Positions 1 through 9,449 are shown, counted from the first letter of the stretch. The stretch: DNA of 64,000 nt from an uncultured Acidobacteriota bacterium (GCA_963772065.1 CAVYVZ010000010.1:449802-513801); one strand, 5' to 3'. Notes: generated from the letters alone by a model not told the origin. Made by a program: numbers and translations.

Positions 1-1
1 G

Positions 2-937
2 CTGCGCGGGCGCCCGGTCCGCCGCGCGCTCACCGCCGCGTTCGTGCTGGCCGCGTTCGCCGGCACCGCGGCGCTCCTTCCCGATCCGGTGAGCGCTCTC
101 ATCCGCCGCCGGTATGGCTCCGCGGAGCGAATTTGGTGGCGCGAGGAAGGCGCCCAGAGCACGGTCAGCGTGCACGTGCGTCCGGGAGGCCGGCAGCAGA
201 CGCTTTATCTCGACGGCCTGCATCAGGCCAATGACTCTTCCGAGATGGTGCGAGTGCACCGCCAGATCGGTCACCTGCCGATGGCGCTGCACCCGCATCC
301 CCGCGAAGCGCTCGTAATCGGCCTGGGTGCCGGAGCCACGGCGGGGGCGGTCAGCCGCCATAGGGGAACCGCGGTTACCGTCGTCGAGCTGTCGCCGTCG
401 GTCGTGCGCGCGGCGCGGATGTTCGGGCATATCAACGAGCAGGTCGTCGACGCCGGCCACGTGCGCCTCGCGATCGACGATGCACGGAATCACCTCCTGG
501 TGGCGGGCGCGCGGTACGACGTCATCACCGCCGACATCATCCAGCCCGTACATGCGGGCGCGGGCAATTTGTATTCACGCGAGTACTTCACTCTGGTGCG
601 CAACGCGTTGAAAGAAGGGGGCCTCGCGCTCCAGTGGATCGGACACCGGGAGGAAACGCCGTATCGCCTCATCATGCAGACGTTCCTGAGCGTCTTCCCG
701 AACGCGACGCTTTGGGCCAACGGGACCCTGATGATCGGCTCGCGGGACCCGCTCAGCCTCAGCCGAGCCGCGTTCGAACGAAAGCTCGCCGACCCGGGGG
801 TCCGGGCGGCGCTTTCCGATGTGGACCTGATGACCTTCGACGACCTGTTGGCGACGTACACGGCAGGCCCCGATGAGATGCGCGTTTTCGTCGGCGACAC
901 GCCGGTGCTCACGGACGATCGGCCGCGCATCGAGTGA
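2..937 (+). CDS. Spermidine-synthase-like (aminopropyltransferase family) SAM-dependent domain; C-terminal part of a larger protein whose 5' end lies outside the window
   Basis: The frame is open from the window edge, with no stop upstream of the GTG at 44. LVIGLGAGATAGA...VVELSP...DVITADI matches the SAM-binding core of spermidine-synthase-like enzymes. Confidence 0.7.
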   Translation: MRGRPVRRALTAAFVLAAFAGTAALLPDPVSALIRRRYGSAERIWWREEGAQSTVSVHVRPGGRQQTLYLDGLHQANDSSEMVRVHRQIGHLPMALHPHPREALVIGLGAGATAGAVSRHRGTAVTVVELSPSVVRAARMFGHINEQVVDAGHVRLAIDDARNHLLVAGARYDVITADIIQPVHAGAGNLYSREYFTLVRNALKEGGLALQWIGHREETPYRLIMQTFLSVFPNATLWANGTLMIGSRDPLSLSRAAFERKLADPGVRAALSDVDLMTFDDLLATYTAGPDEMRVFVGDTPVLTDDRPRIE

Positions 938-1071
938 CTTCGGCTCTCTGCCCGAAAACGAGCGCGGCGTGGATCTGAAGGGACTTCGCGGCGATGTTCG
1001 AAGGCACGTCACACCATAGGCAGTCGTGTTACCATCTCGCGCAACATCTCCAGTATTGAGGGTCGGAACGA

Positions 1072-1353
1072 ATGGCAAAGCAGGCGATTCTCGCGCGTAC
1101 GGATCTCGAGCCGATCGATCGGCTCGAAGAGAAAATCAAGATGCTCGTTGCAATGGTGGCGAAGCTGCGGGCAGAGCAGGAGCAGGCCGCAGACGAACAG
1201 GCGCGGCTCACCCAGGAAATCGATACTCTGCGCGCCCGGTTGGCGGACGCGGAGTCTGTGAACACCGAGCTGACAGTGCTTCGCGACGAGCGCGAGATCA
1301 TCCGCACGCGCGTCAGCGAGATGCTGTCGCATCTCGAAGGTCTCGCGATTTGA
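1072..1353 (+). CDS. ZapB-like coiled-coil cell-division protein
   Basis: A 93-aa continuous coiled coil (LEEKIKMLVAMVAKLRAEQEQ...) lies directly upstream of zapA. Confidence 0.55.
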   Translation: MAKQAILARTDLEPIDRLEEKIKMLVAMVAKLRAEQEQAADEQARLTQEIDTLRARLADAESVNTELTVLRDEREIIRTRVSEMLSHLEGLAI

Positions 1354-1377
1354 GATCTGGCAGAACGTAGAAGCCAC

Positions 1378-1698
1378 ATGGACCAAGGGCCGAGAGTGGT
1401 GACGGTGGAAATCGGGGGGCACCGCTTCCCGATTCGCAGCACGCTCGAACAGAGCTACGTGTCCGAGCTCGCGGCGTACGTCGATGGCAAGATGCGCGCG
1501 GCGAGCGACGCGGCTCCCGCCGCTGACGGCGTCGGCCTTGCCGTGCTCGTGGCCCTCAACCTGGCGGACGAACTGTTCCGGTGCCGCGAGCGGCAGTCGT
1601 CTACGAGCGGGGATCTGAACGAGCGGGCGCTGCGCCTCGAGCAGCTCCTCGACACCGTGCTGGCGCAGCCCGCGCCTCGACTTCGCTCGTCGATGTAG
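1378..1698 (+). CDS. zapA: Cell division protein ZapA
   Basis: VTVEIGGHRFPIRS...YVSELAAYVDGKM...LAVLVALNLADEL is the typical ZapA layout. Confidence 0.8.
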   Translation: MDQGPRVVTVEIGGHRFPIRSTLEQSYVSELAAYVDGKMRAASDAAPAADGVGLAVLVALNLADELFRCRERQSSTSGDLNERALRLEQLLDTVLAQPAPRLRSSM

Positions 1699-1784
1699 CC
1701 GTATATCTCACGCGTACTAGTAGTTAGCGCCGCGCGTGCGGCCTTGACCGACCCCCGGCCGCACGCTAAGATCCTCCTCACGTT

Positions 1785-1962
1785 CCCTGCTTTGCTCGTG
1801 ATGGTTTCGGAGGCTCGTCTGAGCCAACGTTAAACCCAAGCGAGCCGCGAGGTCGCGTGTTGTGCATGCCTCTGTTCCGAGGAAGCCTGAAGCGCGGCCG
1901 ATAACAGCGGTTCCACCTGCTTTGCGCAGGTTCATTCGACCTCCCCACACGGCAAAGCGGGG
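1785..1962 (+). ncRNA. Candidate structured RNA in the zapA-rny spacer (a 6S/SsrS-like extended hairpin is possible)
   Basis: 1785-1795 CCCTGCTTTGC pairs with 1952-1962 GCAAAGCGGGG (11 bp, with one pair that is G-U only on the plus strand). Further pairings are 1797-1800/1948-1951, 1802-1804/1945-1947 and 1809-1813/1940-1944. The size is about 178 nt and no ORF is present. This was not verified against a covariance model. Confidence 0.25.
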
Positions 1963-1977
1963 TACCTTCCTCCTCAC

Positions 1978-2009
1978 GGCCGTAAGCCTTGAGCCGTAAG
2001 CCCTAAGCC
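1978..2009. repeat. Tandem heptamer array (GTAAGCC TTGAGCC GTAAGCC CTAAGCC) abutting the rny start codon
   Basis: Four consecutive NTRAGCC heptamers were read directly. The same unit family occurs at 9359-9443, 17206-17359 and 50234-50264. Confidence 0.8.
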
Positions 2010-2011
2010 AC

Positions 2012-3574
2012 ATGGAATACCTGATCAACGCGGCGATCACGCTCCTTCTTTCAGGGGCAGTGTGCGGGTGGTACCTCGCCACGCGACGCCGCGAGGCTGC
2101 TGCGACGATCGAGCAGGCGGCCGTCGAGGCAGAGCGCCTCACACGGGATGCCCGGCGTGAGGCTGAAGCGCTCCGGAAAGAGGCGCTCCTCGAAGCGAAG
2201 GAGCACGCGCACGAGCTGCGGATCGAGGCGGAGAAACAGGTTCGGGACCGGAGCGACGCGATCGCCCTCATGGAGCAGTCGATCGCGCGGCGTGACGCGG
2301 CGGCCAACGAGCAGCGGGCGCAGATCGAAGAGCAGCAGCGCGCGCTCCGCGCGCGCGAGCAGGTGATCAACGAGCGCGATCGCGCCACGCAAGCCACCGC
2401 CGCGCGGTTCGATCAGCTCGCCGCCGAGCGGCAGCGCGAGCTGGAGCGTGTCGCAAGCCTCACGGCGGACGAAGCGCGCGAGATGCTCCTGAAGCAGCTG
2501 GAAGGCGATGCGCGGCGCGATGCCGCGCAGATCGTCAAGCGCCTCGAGACGGAAGCGCGCGAGACGGCTGCTGACCGGGCGAAGCAGATCGTCGCCGACG
2601 CCATCCAGCGCAGCGCAGCCGAGCACTCCATTGAAACGACCGTCTCGGTCGTCGATCTTCCGAGCGACGATTTGAAGGGGCGCATCATCGGCCGCGAGGG
2701 CCGCAACATCCGCGCCCTCGAGCTCGCCACCGGCGTCGATCTCATCGTCGACGATACGCCGGGCGCGATCATCCTCTCGGCGTACGACCCGTACCGCCGC
2801 GAGGTTGCACGGCAGGCGATCGGGCGCCTGATTGCCGACGGGCGGATCCACCCCGCGCGCATCGAAGAAGTGGTCGAAAAGGTGAAGGCGGAGATGGAGG
2901 AGCAGATGCGGAAGGACGGCGCCGCGGCCGCCTTCGAGCTGGGCCTCCATGAAGTCCATCCCGAGCTCCTGCGGCTCATGGGGCGGCTCAAGTACCGCAC
3001 GAGCTACGGACAGAACATCCTGAACCACTCCAAGGAGGTGGCGTTCCTCGCGGGCCTCATGGCGCGCGAGCTCGGCATCGACCAGCACGTCGCCACGCGT
3101 GCCGCATTCCTGCACGACGTCGGCAAGGCGATCGATCGCGAGATGGAAGGGACCCACCTCGAGCTCGGCATCGCGCTGCTGCGGAAGCATGGCGAGAAAG
3201 AGCCGGTGGTGATGGCCGTGGCGGCACACCACATGGACATCGATTGGCCGTCGCTCGAGGCCATGCTCGTGCAGGCCGCCGACGCAATCTCCGCGGCCAG
3301 GCCCGGCGCGCGCCGCGACATCCTCGAATCGTACGTGAAGCGGCTGGAAAAGCTCGAAGGCATCGCCGATTCGTTCAAGGGCGTGTCGAAGGCGTTCGCG
3401 CTGCAGGCCGGCCGCGAGATTCGCATTCTGGTGGAGAGCGAGAAGATTTCCGACGAGGAAGCGATCTGGCTCTCGAAGGACATCGCCAAGCGGATCGAGA
3501 ACGAGCTGCAGTACCCGGGGCAAATCAAGGTCACCGTGATTCGTGAAACCCGGGCGATTGAATACGCGAAATAA
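2012..3574 (+). CDS. rny: Ribonuclease Y
   Basis: It has an N-terminal TM helix, a long coiled coil, a KH domain (GRIIGREGRNIRALE) and an HD domain (FLHDVGKA...AAHH). Confidence 0.95.
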   Translation: MEYLINAAITLLLSGAVCGWYLATRRREAAATIEQAAVEAERLTRDARREAEALRKEALLEAKEHAHELRIEAEKQVRDRSDAIALMEQSIARRDAAANEQRAQIEEQQRALRAREQVINERDRATQATAARFDQLAAERQRELERVASLTADEAREMLLKQLEGDARRDAAQIVKRLETEARETAADRAKQIVADAIQRSAAEHSIETTVSVVDLPSDDLKGRIIGREGRNIRALELATGVDLIVDDTPGAIILSAYDPYRREVARQAIGRLIADGRIHPARIEEVVEKVKAEMEEQMRKDGAAAAFELGLHEVHPELLRLMGRLKYRTSYGQNILNHSKEVAFLAGLMARELGIDQHVATRAAFLHDVGKAIDREMEGTHLELGIALLRKHGEKEPVVMAVAAHHMDIDWPSLEAMLVQAADAISAARPGARRDILESYVKRLEKLEGIADSFKGVSKAFALQAGREIRILVESEKISDEEAIWLSKDIAKRIENELQYPGQIKVTVIRETRAIEYAK

Positions 3575-3580
3575 CATCTG

Positions 3581-4567
3581 GTGAGCAAAACGGTAGCGGA
3601 GCTTGGGGAGCGCTCGTTGATCGAGCGCATCAAGGCGCGCCTGAGCTCGCCGTCGTGGGTCGTGGTCGGCGCGGGCGACGATGCGGCGGTGATTGAGCCG
3701 GAGCGAGGCTCGCTCGACGTCGTCACGACCGATGCGTTGGTGGAGGGCGTTCATTTCGATCGCCGCTTCTGCCCCCCCGACGCGATCGGACACAAGGCGC
3801 TCGCGGTGAACCTGAGCGACCTGGCCGCGATGGGAGCGTCTCCACGCGCCGCTCTGTTGTCGCTCGTCTTGCCGGACGGGCTGCCGCTCGCCGACGTCGA
3901 TGCGCTGCTCGATGGCCTTCTCTCCTTGGCCGACCGCTGCAAGGTCGCCTTGGTCGGCGGCAACATCACGCGATCGCCGGGCCCGCTCGTCGTCGACGTC
4001 ACCGCGATCGGATCGGCCGGCCGGCGGCGGATTCTCACCCGCGGGGGTGCGCGTCCTGGAGACGCCGTCTATGTCACCGGCAGCATCGGCGCGGGGGTTG
4101 TGGGGCTGGGTGCGTTTCGCGAGCGCGCGGACGTACCGATGGCGCAGGAACGTTATTTACGGCCCGAGCCACGGGTGCGGGCAGGAATGCTCCTCGGCAG
4201 GAACCGCGCGGCAAGCTCGTGCATGGATCTCAGCGACGGGCTTGCGGACGCCCTGCGCCAGGTGGCGGAGGCATCTGGCGTGGGAATCGCAGTAGACCAG
4301 GGCGCGCTCCCGATCGACGGCGCCGTTCTGCGCTGGTTTGAGCAACACTGTGTAGATCCGGTTCTCGAAGCTGTAGCGGGAGGCGACGATTATGAACTGC
4401 TGTTTACGTCCCGCCCAGCTCAGCGGAGCCGGTTGCGGGCGGTCCGGCAGCACGTAGGGACCCTCCCGATCACGAGGATCGGAGTCGTCACGAAGGAGCG
4501 AAGAGTTGTGCTGAAAACTCCGGATGGCGAGCGATCGCTGCCGGAAGGATTCCAGCATTTCAGATAA
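3581..4567 (+). CDS. thiL: Thiamine-monophosphate kinase
   Basis: GDDAAV...TTDALVEGVHF...IGHKALAVNLSDLAAMGA is the AIR-synthase-like ThiL signature. Confidence 0.9.
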   Translation: MSKTVAELGERSLIERIKARLSSPSWVVVGAGDDAAVIEPERGSLDVVTTDALVEGVHFDRRFCPPDAIGHKALAVNLSDLAAMGASPRAALLSLVLPDGLPLADVDALLDGLLSLADRCKVALVGGNITRSPGPLVVDVTAIGSAGRRRILTRGGARPGDAVYVTGSIGAGVVGLGAFRERADVPMAQERYLRPEPRVRAGMLLGRNRAASSCMDLSDGLADALRQVAEASGVGIAVDQGALPIDGAVLRWFEQHCVDPVLEAVAGGDDYELLFTSRPAQRSRLRAVRQHVGTLPITRIGVVTKERRVVLKTPDGERSLPEGFQHFR

Positions 4568-5106
4568 TGCCGATCATCTCGCGGTCCACCTCGCGCAAGG
4601 TTTTCGCGACGGCCATCGCCAGCGTGGGATTCGTGTTCGTGTACGAGGCGACGATCCGCGACTCGCGCCACGCGGCCCGGCAGGCCACGACGCGGGAGAC
4701 CGTCGGCACACCGCTGCCGGGCACCAAGCTGCTGTTCCAGTCGACCGCCTACTGCAAGGGAAAGACGACCGCGTCCGGGGTGAACGTGCGGCGCGGAATT
4801 GCGGCGGCCGATCCCGACCTGCTGCCCGTGGGCAGCGTCGTCAGCGTCAACACGGGCGACGCGAAAACGAACGGCATCTACACGATCATGGATACAGGGC
4901 CGGCCGTACAGGGACGGATCCTGGACCTCTACATGTGGAGCTGCCACGAGGCGCTGGCGTTCGGCCGCAAGCAGGTCCAGGTCACCGTGCTTCGGCTCGG
5001 ATGGAACCCGCACGCAAGCACGCCGGGCATCGTCGACACTCTGTTCCGCGGCCGGCAGGTCAAGAAGCCAAGACCAGCGACCACGCCGGCTTCCTCATCG
5101 CCATAG
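4567..5106 (+). CDS. 3D domain-containing protein (MltA-like fold)
   Basis: TAYCKGKTTASG...AADPDLLPVGS...IMDTGPAVQGRILDLYM is a 3D-domain motif. The start overlaps the thiL stop (TAATG). Confidence 0.8.
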   Translation: MPIISRSTSRKVFATAIASVGFVFVYEATIRDSRHAARQATTRETVGTPLPGTKLLFQSTAYCKGKTTASGVNVRRGIAAADPDLLPVGSVVSVNTGDAKTNGIYTIMDTGPAVQGRILDLYMWSCHEALAFGRKQVQVTVLRLGWNPHASTPGIVDTLFRGRQVKKPRPATTPASSSP

Positions 5107-5110
5107 ACGG

Positions 5111-7387
5111 TTAGAACGAGAGCGCGAGGCTCACGCGTGCCGTGCGCGGCAGCGCCGGGTGCGTGTGCAGATCGTCGATACCGGCCTCAGGCTCGCCTCG
5201 CAGGCGAGACGCGTAGAAGTAGTCGACGTCGCTGTGCCGAGCATCGAGCAGGTTGAACGCGTCGATGATCACAGAAGCGCGGCTCGATACGTGCCAGCCC
5301 GCCTGTGCGTTCAGCAGGCTCGTCCCGCGCGAACGAATCGTGTCGTCCTCGACGAGGGGTCGGGAACCGAAATAGCGCCAGCGTGCGCTCGCAAAGAGCG
5401 CGCGGTTCGCATCGACCGAGACGCCAAGCGATGCCACCCGTTCCACGGCTCCAGGAACGCGGTTCCCGACGGGATCTGCATCGGTGAACCTTGCGCGGGA
5501 CCACGAGACGTCGGCGTCGAGGGTCAGCGATTGGCCGACGCGCGCAAACGTCGACCACTCGAGACCGCGACGCGCGCTCGGCCGGCTGGCGGATGTTGTG
5601 CCGGCGTCGCCGACGAAGACGAGCTCCGAGTCGAGACCGAGGCCCCACACAGCCAGCGTCGACTGCACGCCTGGCACGAGCACGGTGCGCGCGCCGACTT
5701 CGGCGCCGCGCGTTCGGACGAGCGGTGTGCCGCCTCTCGCATCGTTGCTGTGGAAGCCGAACCCGCCGTTCACGTACAGCTCGGTCGCCCGCCACGGCCC
5801 GAACACGAACGACGCCTTGGGGCTCGCGAGGCCCGCGTTGTTCGTTCGCGAATCCCCCACGATGTCGGGCGTCACACGAAACCGGTAGCCGTCTACCCGC
5901 ACGCCGGTGATTGTGCGGAGCCATTGCGTCCATCGAACGTCCGCGTCGGCCCACAATCCGACAGACGTCTGCGCGACAGCGTCCTCGCGAGCCGTGGACA
6001 CACGCTCACGTGCGCGGGTGCGGTATAGACCAATGAGGCCGATGTCATCACGCCGCAGTTGCGAACCGGCCCTGTACTGCACGGGACGCGCGCCCCAGTA
6101 GACGAGCCGATCGTGCGAAGCGCGCACGCCGGACGTCACGCGCCCGTCGGCCTGATGAAACTGGTCGCCGTTCACAGGGTCATCGAGGAAGTACGTGAAG
6201 TTCGAGTAGAGATCGAGCTCGTACGCGATCGCATAGCCGGCGAGCCGGTTGCGGACCGTGGCGCTCCCCCGCTGCCATTCGGCCGACCCCGAATAGCGGG
6301 ACGTTTCTCCACCGGTCGTGTTGTCAACCCCGCCAAAGCGCGGCAGCAGCCCGGATTCGATGGCGCGGCGCGGCGCCTGGTCGGTGCCATTCCAGCGGGC
6401 GCGATAGGCGAGCGCCGTCACGGCCAGGTTGCTCAGGCTATCGCCGTTGGTGTAGCGGAGCACCGCGTTCTGCCGCCGATAGTCGTCGCGTCGTAGCCAT
6501 GGGCCGTCGTTGTGCGCGGTTTCCACGGCGACCATCAGGCGTCCGCTGCCGACCCGCGGCGAGGCCGCGGCCAGCACCCTCGCCCATCCCTGCCCGCCCG
6601 CGCTGAGCCGCATCATCGGCCGCTCGAGGACGCTGGCGTAGTTGATGCTCACGCCGCCGGCCGACGAAAAGTCCCCGGCCTCCGCGAAGTACGGACCTTT
6701 GAAATACTGCACGCCGGTCACGAGCTCCGGGATGAGCAGGTTCGCGTCGGTGTAGCCGTGACCGTGCGCGTGGGTCGGAAGATTCAACGGGACGCCGGCG
6801 AGCGTGGTTGAAAAGTCGGTGCCGTGATCGAGGTTGAACCCGCGCAGATAGTACTGATTCCCCTTGCCCTCGCCGCTGTGCTGCGTCACGCTGAGTCCGG
6901 GAACCGCTTCCACGATCTCTCCGGAGCGCTGGATGGGCCGCGCGTCGAGCTGCCGGCTCGTGACCGCGCCCTCGCTTGCGGATGCGGCAAGACCGACCAG
7001 ATTCGATTCCGGATGCGGGAGCTCGGCAAGGTTGCGAAAGGTCGTGCGCCCGGTGACGGTGACTTCAGTCTGCATCGCCAGGTGGAGGCTCGCATCGACC
7101 TGCGTGCGGCTGCCGGCGACGACGGCCACCTCCCCACGAGAATGCCGTGCGAACCCCAGCAGCGCGAATTCGAGCCGGTAGCGCTTCGGCTCGAGATTCT
7201 CGAACCGGTACTCGCCGGACTCAGAGGACAGCGTCTGCACCGTTCCAGAAAGTGTGATGACCACGCCCGGTAACGGCGCGCCGGTATGGTCGGTGACGCG
7301 TCCCCCGATTACCCCGTAGGCCGGATCGGCGGAGGCCCACCGCGCGGTGAACAAGCAGAGAGCAAGCGCAAGAAGACAGCGGGGCAT
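5111..7387 (-). CDS. TonB-dependent receptor with N-terminal carboxypeptidase-regulatory-like domain
   Basis: It has a signal peptide, the motif GGRVTD..GAPLPGVVITL, a plug (VTSRQLDARP...EAVPGL) and a terminal ...SLALSF beta-barrel signature. Confidence 0.9.
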   Translation of the reverse strand: MPRCLLALALCLFTARWASADPAYGVIGGRVTDHTGAPLPGVVITLSGTVQTLSSESGEYRFENLEPKRYRLEFALLGFARHSRGEVAVVAGSRTQVDASLHLAMQTEVTVTGRTTFRNLAELPHPESNLVGLAASASEGAVTSRQLDARPIQRSGEIVEAVPGLSVTQHSGEGKGNQYYLRGFNLDHGTDFSTTLAGVPLNLPTHAHGHGYTDANLLIPELVTGVQYFKGPYFAEAGDFSSAGGVSINYASVLERPMMRLSAGGQGWARVLAAASPRVGSGRLMVAVETAHNDGPWLRRDDYRRQNAVLRYTNGDSLSNLAVTALAYRARWNGTDQAPRRAIESGLLPRFGGVDNTTGGETSRYSGSAEWQRGSATVRNRLAGYAIAYELDLYSNFTYFLDDPVNGDQFHQADGRVTSGVRASHDRLVYWGARPVQYRAGSQLRRDDIGLIGLYRTRARERVSTAREDAVAQTSVGLWADADVRWTQWLRTITGVRVDGYRFRVTPDIVGDSRTNNAGLASPKASFVFGPWRATELYVNGGFGFHSNDARGGTPLVRTRGAEVGARTVLVPGVQSTLAVWGLGLDSELVFVGDAGTTSASRPSARRGLEWSTFARVGQSLTLDADVSWSRARFTDADPVGNRVPGAVERVASLGVSVDANRALFASARWRYFGSRPLVEDDTIRSRGTSLLNAQAGWHVSSRASVIIDAFNLLDARHSDVDYFYASRLRGEPEAGIDDLHTHPALPRTARVSLALSF

Positions 7388-7438
7388 CGCGTTCGAGTGA
7401 TCAACAGGCTCTACGCGCGACGCTGCGGTTTGGATGTA

Positions 7439-8242
7439 TCAGAGGCCTGCCGAAGGCGTGCCGACGAGGAACTTCTCCCCTGTCGGCGCGGGAACGCCGC
7501 CTGCGGGTTCGAGCGTGACGGCGACGGCAACGGGCGGCGCAATGTCGATGGGGGTCTGAAAGACCGCGGTGGCGCGACCGCTTGCGTCGGGGGCCAGCAG
7601 CCCCGCGCTCACCGGCGCCTGGGCCGTCACGACCCACACCTGGTACACGCGACCTTCGGGGGCGGGCGGCAGATTGGCGGTGTTGAAGACCATGCCGCGA
7701 TCGCGGCTCCACAGGGCACGCGCGGTCGCCTGCGGTGCGACCGCCTGCCCAGCGAGATCGATCCGCACCAGGTCCGGCGCGACGAGCACGGCCATCGCGC
7801 TCTGCGCCGTGTCCGCCGCGCGCCGCGCCTGCAGTGTCTCCCCTGCGGCCTCCGACGCACGCCGCTCCGCATCGTCCACGCGGGCCTCGAGGTTCGAGAT
7901 GCGTCCTTGAAGCGTCAACGCATAGGCGCCGAGCCCCACGGCGATGAGCATCGAGGCCGCGAGCGGCAACCAGGTCAGCGCCGCAGGTCGAGACGAGGGC
8001 TGACGTGAGGCCGGTGGCCTCTCCAGTCCAACTTCAGCCAGCACGCGCGCCCGAAGCTCCGGCCTCGGCGTCCGCTGGGCCACCGATCGCGCGAGCGCAT
8101 CGGCGACTCGTTGAAGAGAACGGACGTCCTCACGGCAGATGGGGCACGAGGCCGCGTGCGATTCGAACGCGCGGCGCTCGGCGGCGTCGAGCGCGCCGAG
8201 GACGTACGGGGCGGCGAGCGCCTGTTCGTCGTGCGTGCTCAT
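7439..8242 (-). CDS. Anti-sigma factor (zf-HC2 N-domain, RskA-type C-domain)
   Basis: It carries the zinc motif HAASCPIC, a central TM segment and a C-terminal VYQVWVV...LEPAGG RskA-like domain. The start overlaps the sigma gene stop by 4 nt. Confidence 0.85.
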   Translation of the reverse strand: MSTHDEQALAAPYVLGALDAAERRAFESHAASCPICREDVRSLQRVADALARSVAQRTPRPELRARVLAEVGLERPPASRQPSSRPAALTWLPLAASMLIAVGLGAYALTLQGRISNLEARVDDAERRASEAAGETLQARRAADTAQSAMAVLVAPDLVRIDLAGQAVAPQATARALWSRDRGMVFNTANLPPAPEGRVYQVWVVTAQAPVSAGLLAPDASGRATAVFQTPIDIAPPVAVAVTLEPAGGVPAPTGEKFLVGTPSAGL

Positions 8243-8847
8243 GCCGGCTCTCCAGACAGCGCCTCACGCAGCTTGAGGAGCCCAAGACGGATGCGCGTCT
8301 TCACTGTTCCGAGCGGCTGCTCGAGCCGCTCCGCGATCTCGGCTTGCGTGAGGCCTTCGAAGTACGCGAGCTCGATCGCGAGCCGCTGAAGCAACGGCAG
8401 CTCGCGAAGCGCCTCCCTCACCCGTTCGGCGTCGCGTGCAGCGGCGAGCGCGTCGCCGGGGTCGGCGGCCGGCGCCGACAGGTCCACCCATGCCTCCTCA
8501 CCCGCGGCGGCACGCGCGTCGGGCCGCGCTCGTCGCGCCCGTAGACGGTCGATCGCGCGGGTTCGCGCCATCGTCATGAGCCAGGCTGCGACCGTTCCGC
8601 GCGTCGCGTCGTAGCGGCCGGCCTGCCGCCACGCCTGCGCGAAGACCTCCTGGAGCACGTCTTCGGCATCCCCCTCGTCGCCGAGGACGCGGAGGACCAG
8701 CGAATAGACGGGACGGGAGTGCGCGTCGTACAGCGCCGCAAGAGCACGGCCGTCACCAGCCGCCACGCCCGCGACGCAGTCCGCATCGTCGGCCTGGTCG
8801 CGGCTGCCCGGCAGCGCCACCAGCACGGCACACAGCCACATGATCAA
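8239..8847 (-). CDS. ECF-type RNA polymerase sigma-70 family factor
   Basis: Region 2 ([12 protein letters not shown]) and region 4 ([31 protein letters not shown]) are both present. An alternative ATG start lies at 8841. Confidence 0.9.
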   Translation of the reverse strand: MIMWLCAVLVALPGSRDQADDADCVAGVAAGDGRALAALYDAHSRPVYSLVLRVLGDEGDAEDVLQEVFAQAWRQAGRYDATRGTVAAWLMTMARTRAIDRLRARRARPDARAAAGEEAWVDLSAPAADPGDALAAARDAERVREALRELPLLQRLAIELAYFEGLTQAEIAERLEQPLGTVKTRIRLGLLKLREALSGEPA

Positions 8848-8865
8848 GTCCGGCGGATCATATCC

Positions 8866-9303
8866 TCACTTTTCGACGATGTCCTTCTTCAGCCCGTTCG
8901 CGGCGGCGAGCAGATCGTCCTTCTCCTTCTGAGGAACCTTGAAGCGATCGAGTGTCGCGACCAGATGCTGCACGCTCTTGTTCCAATCGGCCTCGCTGAT
9001 CCCCAGTCCGGCGTGCGTCGTGCGCATGTCGCGGCCCTTGTAGACGCACGGGCCGCCCGTCGCGAAACACAGGAAGTCGACGACGTGCTGGCGGATCCGC
9101 TGCTTCGAGTCGGTCCCGTGTCCAGCAAAGAACTTGCTCAGCCCCGGATCTGCCACGAGGCGTCCGATGAAGTCATCGGTGACCGCCGCAATCGCGTCGT
9201 AGCCGCCAAGCCGCTTGTACAGAGGGTCGGTTGCCGTCTGCTGCGCCGCGGCAGACGTGCAGACCAGCAACAGCATCAGGCTGCCGGAAATCACACGTGT
9301 CAT
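8866..9303 (-). CDS. Group 1 truncated haemoglobin with Sec signal peptide
   Basis: The trHb core is LYKRLGGYDAIAAVTDDFIGR...FLCFATGGPCVYKGRDMRTTHAGLGI. I chose the ATG at 9303 because it gives MTRVISGSLMLLLVCTSAAA|QQ, a typical signal peptide. Confidence 0.85.
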   Translation of the reverse strand: MTRVISGSLMLLLVCTSAAAQQTATDPLYKRLGGYDAIAAVTDDFIGRLVADPGLSKFFAGHGTDSKQRIRQHVVDFLCFATGGPCVYKGRDMRTTHAGLGISEADWNKSVQHLVATLDRFKVPQKEKDDLLAAANGLKKDIVEK

Positions 9304-9358
9304 GTGCACTCCTCCACCTGTTCCTACGTCTGGGGTGAGACTTTGGATTTCGATCGAC

Positions 9359-9443
9359 GGGCTCAAGGCCCAAGGCTCAGGGCCCACGGCCCTGACGACC
9401 TAAGCCGTCAAGGTCCTAAGCCTTAAGCCCTAAGCCTTAAGCC
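9359..9443 (-). repeat. Heptamer-repeat compound hairpin between two minus-strand genes
   Basis: The outer arms 9360-9377/9419-9436 form 18 contiguous pairs only in minus-strand RNA. Inner perfect hairpins lie at 9378-9394 and 9397-9415. Confidence 0.75.
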
Positions 9444-9449
9444 GACTTT

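Noticed and set aside
2051-3793. 580-aa ORF on the minus strand
   Set aside because: It is antisense to the unambiguous RNase Y gene. It has an Arg/Leu/Asp-rich low-complexity composition and no recognisable motif, which is the typical high-GC shadow ORF.
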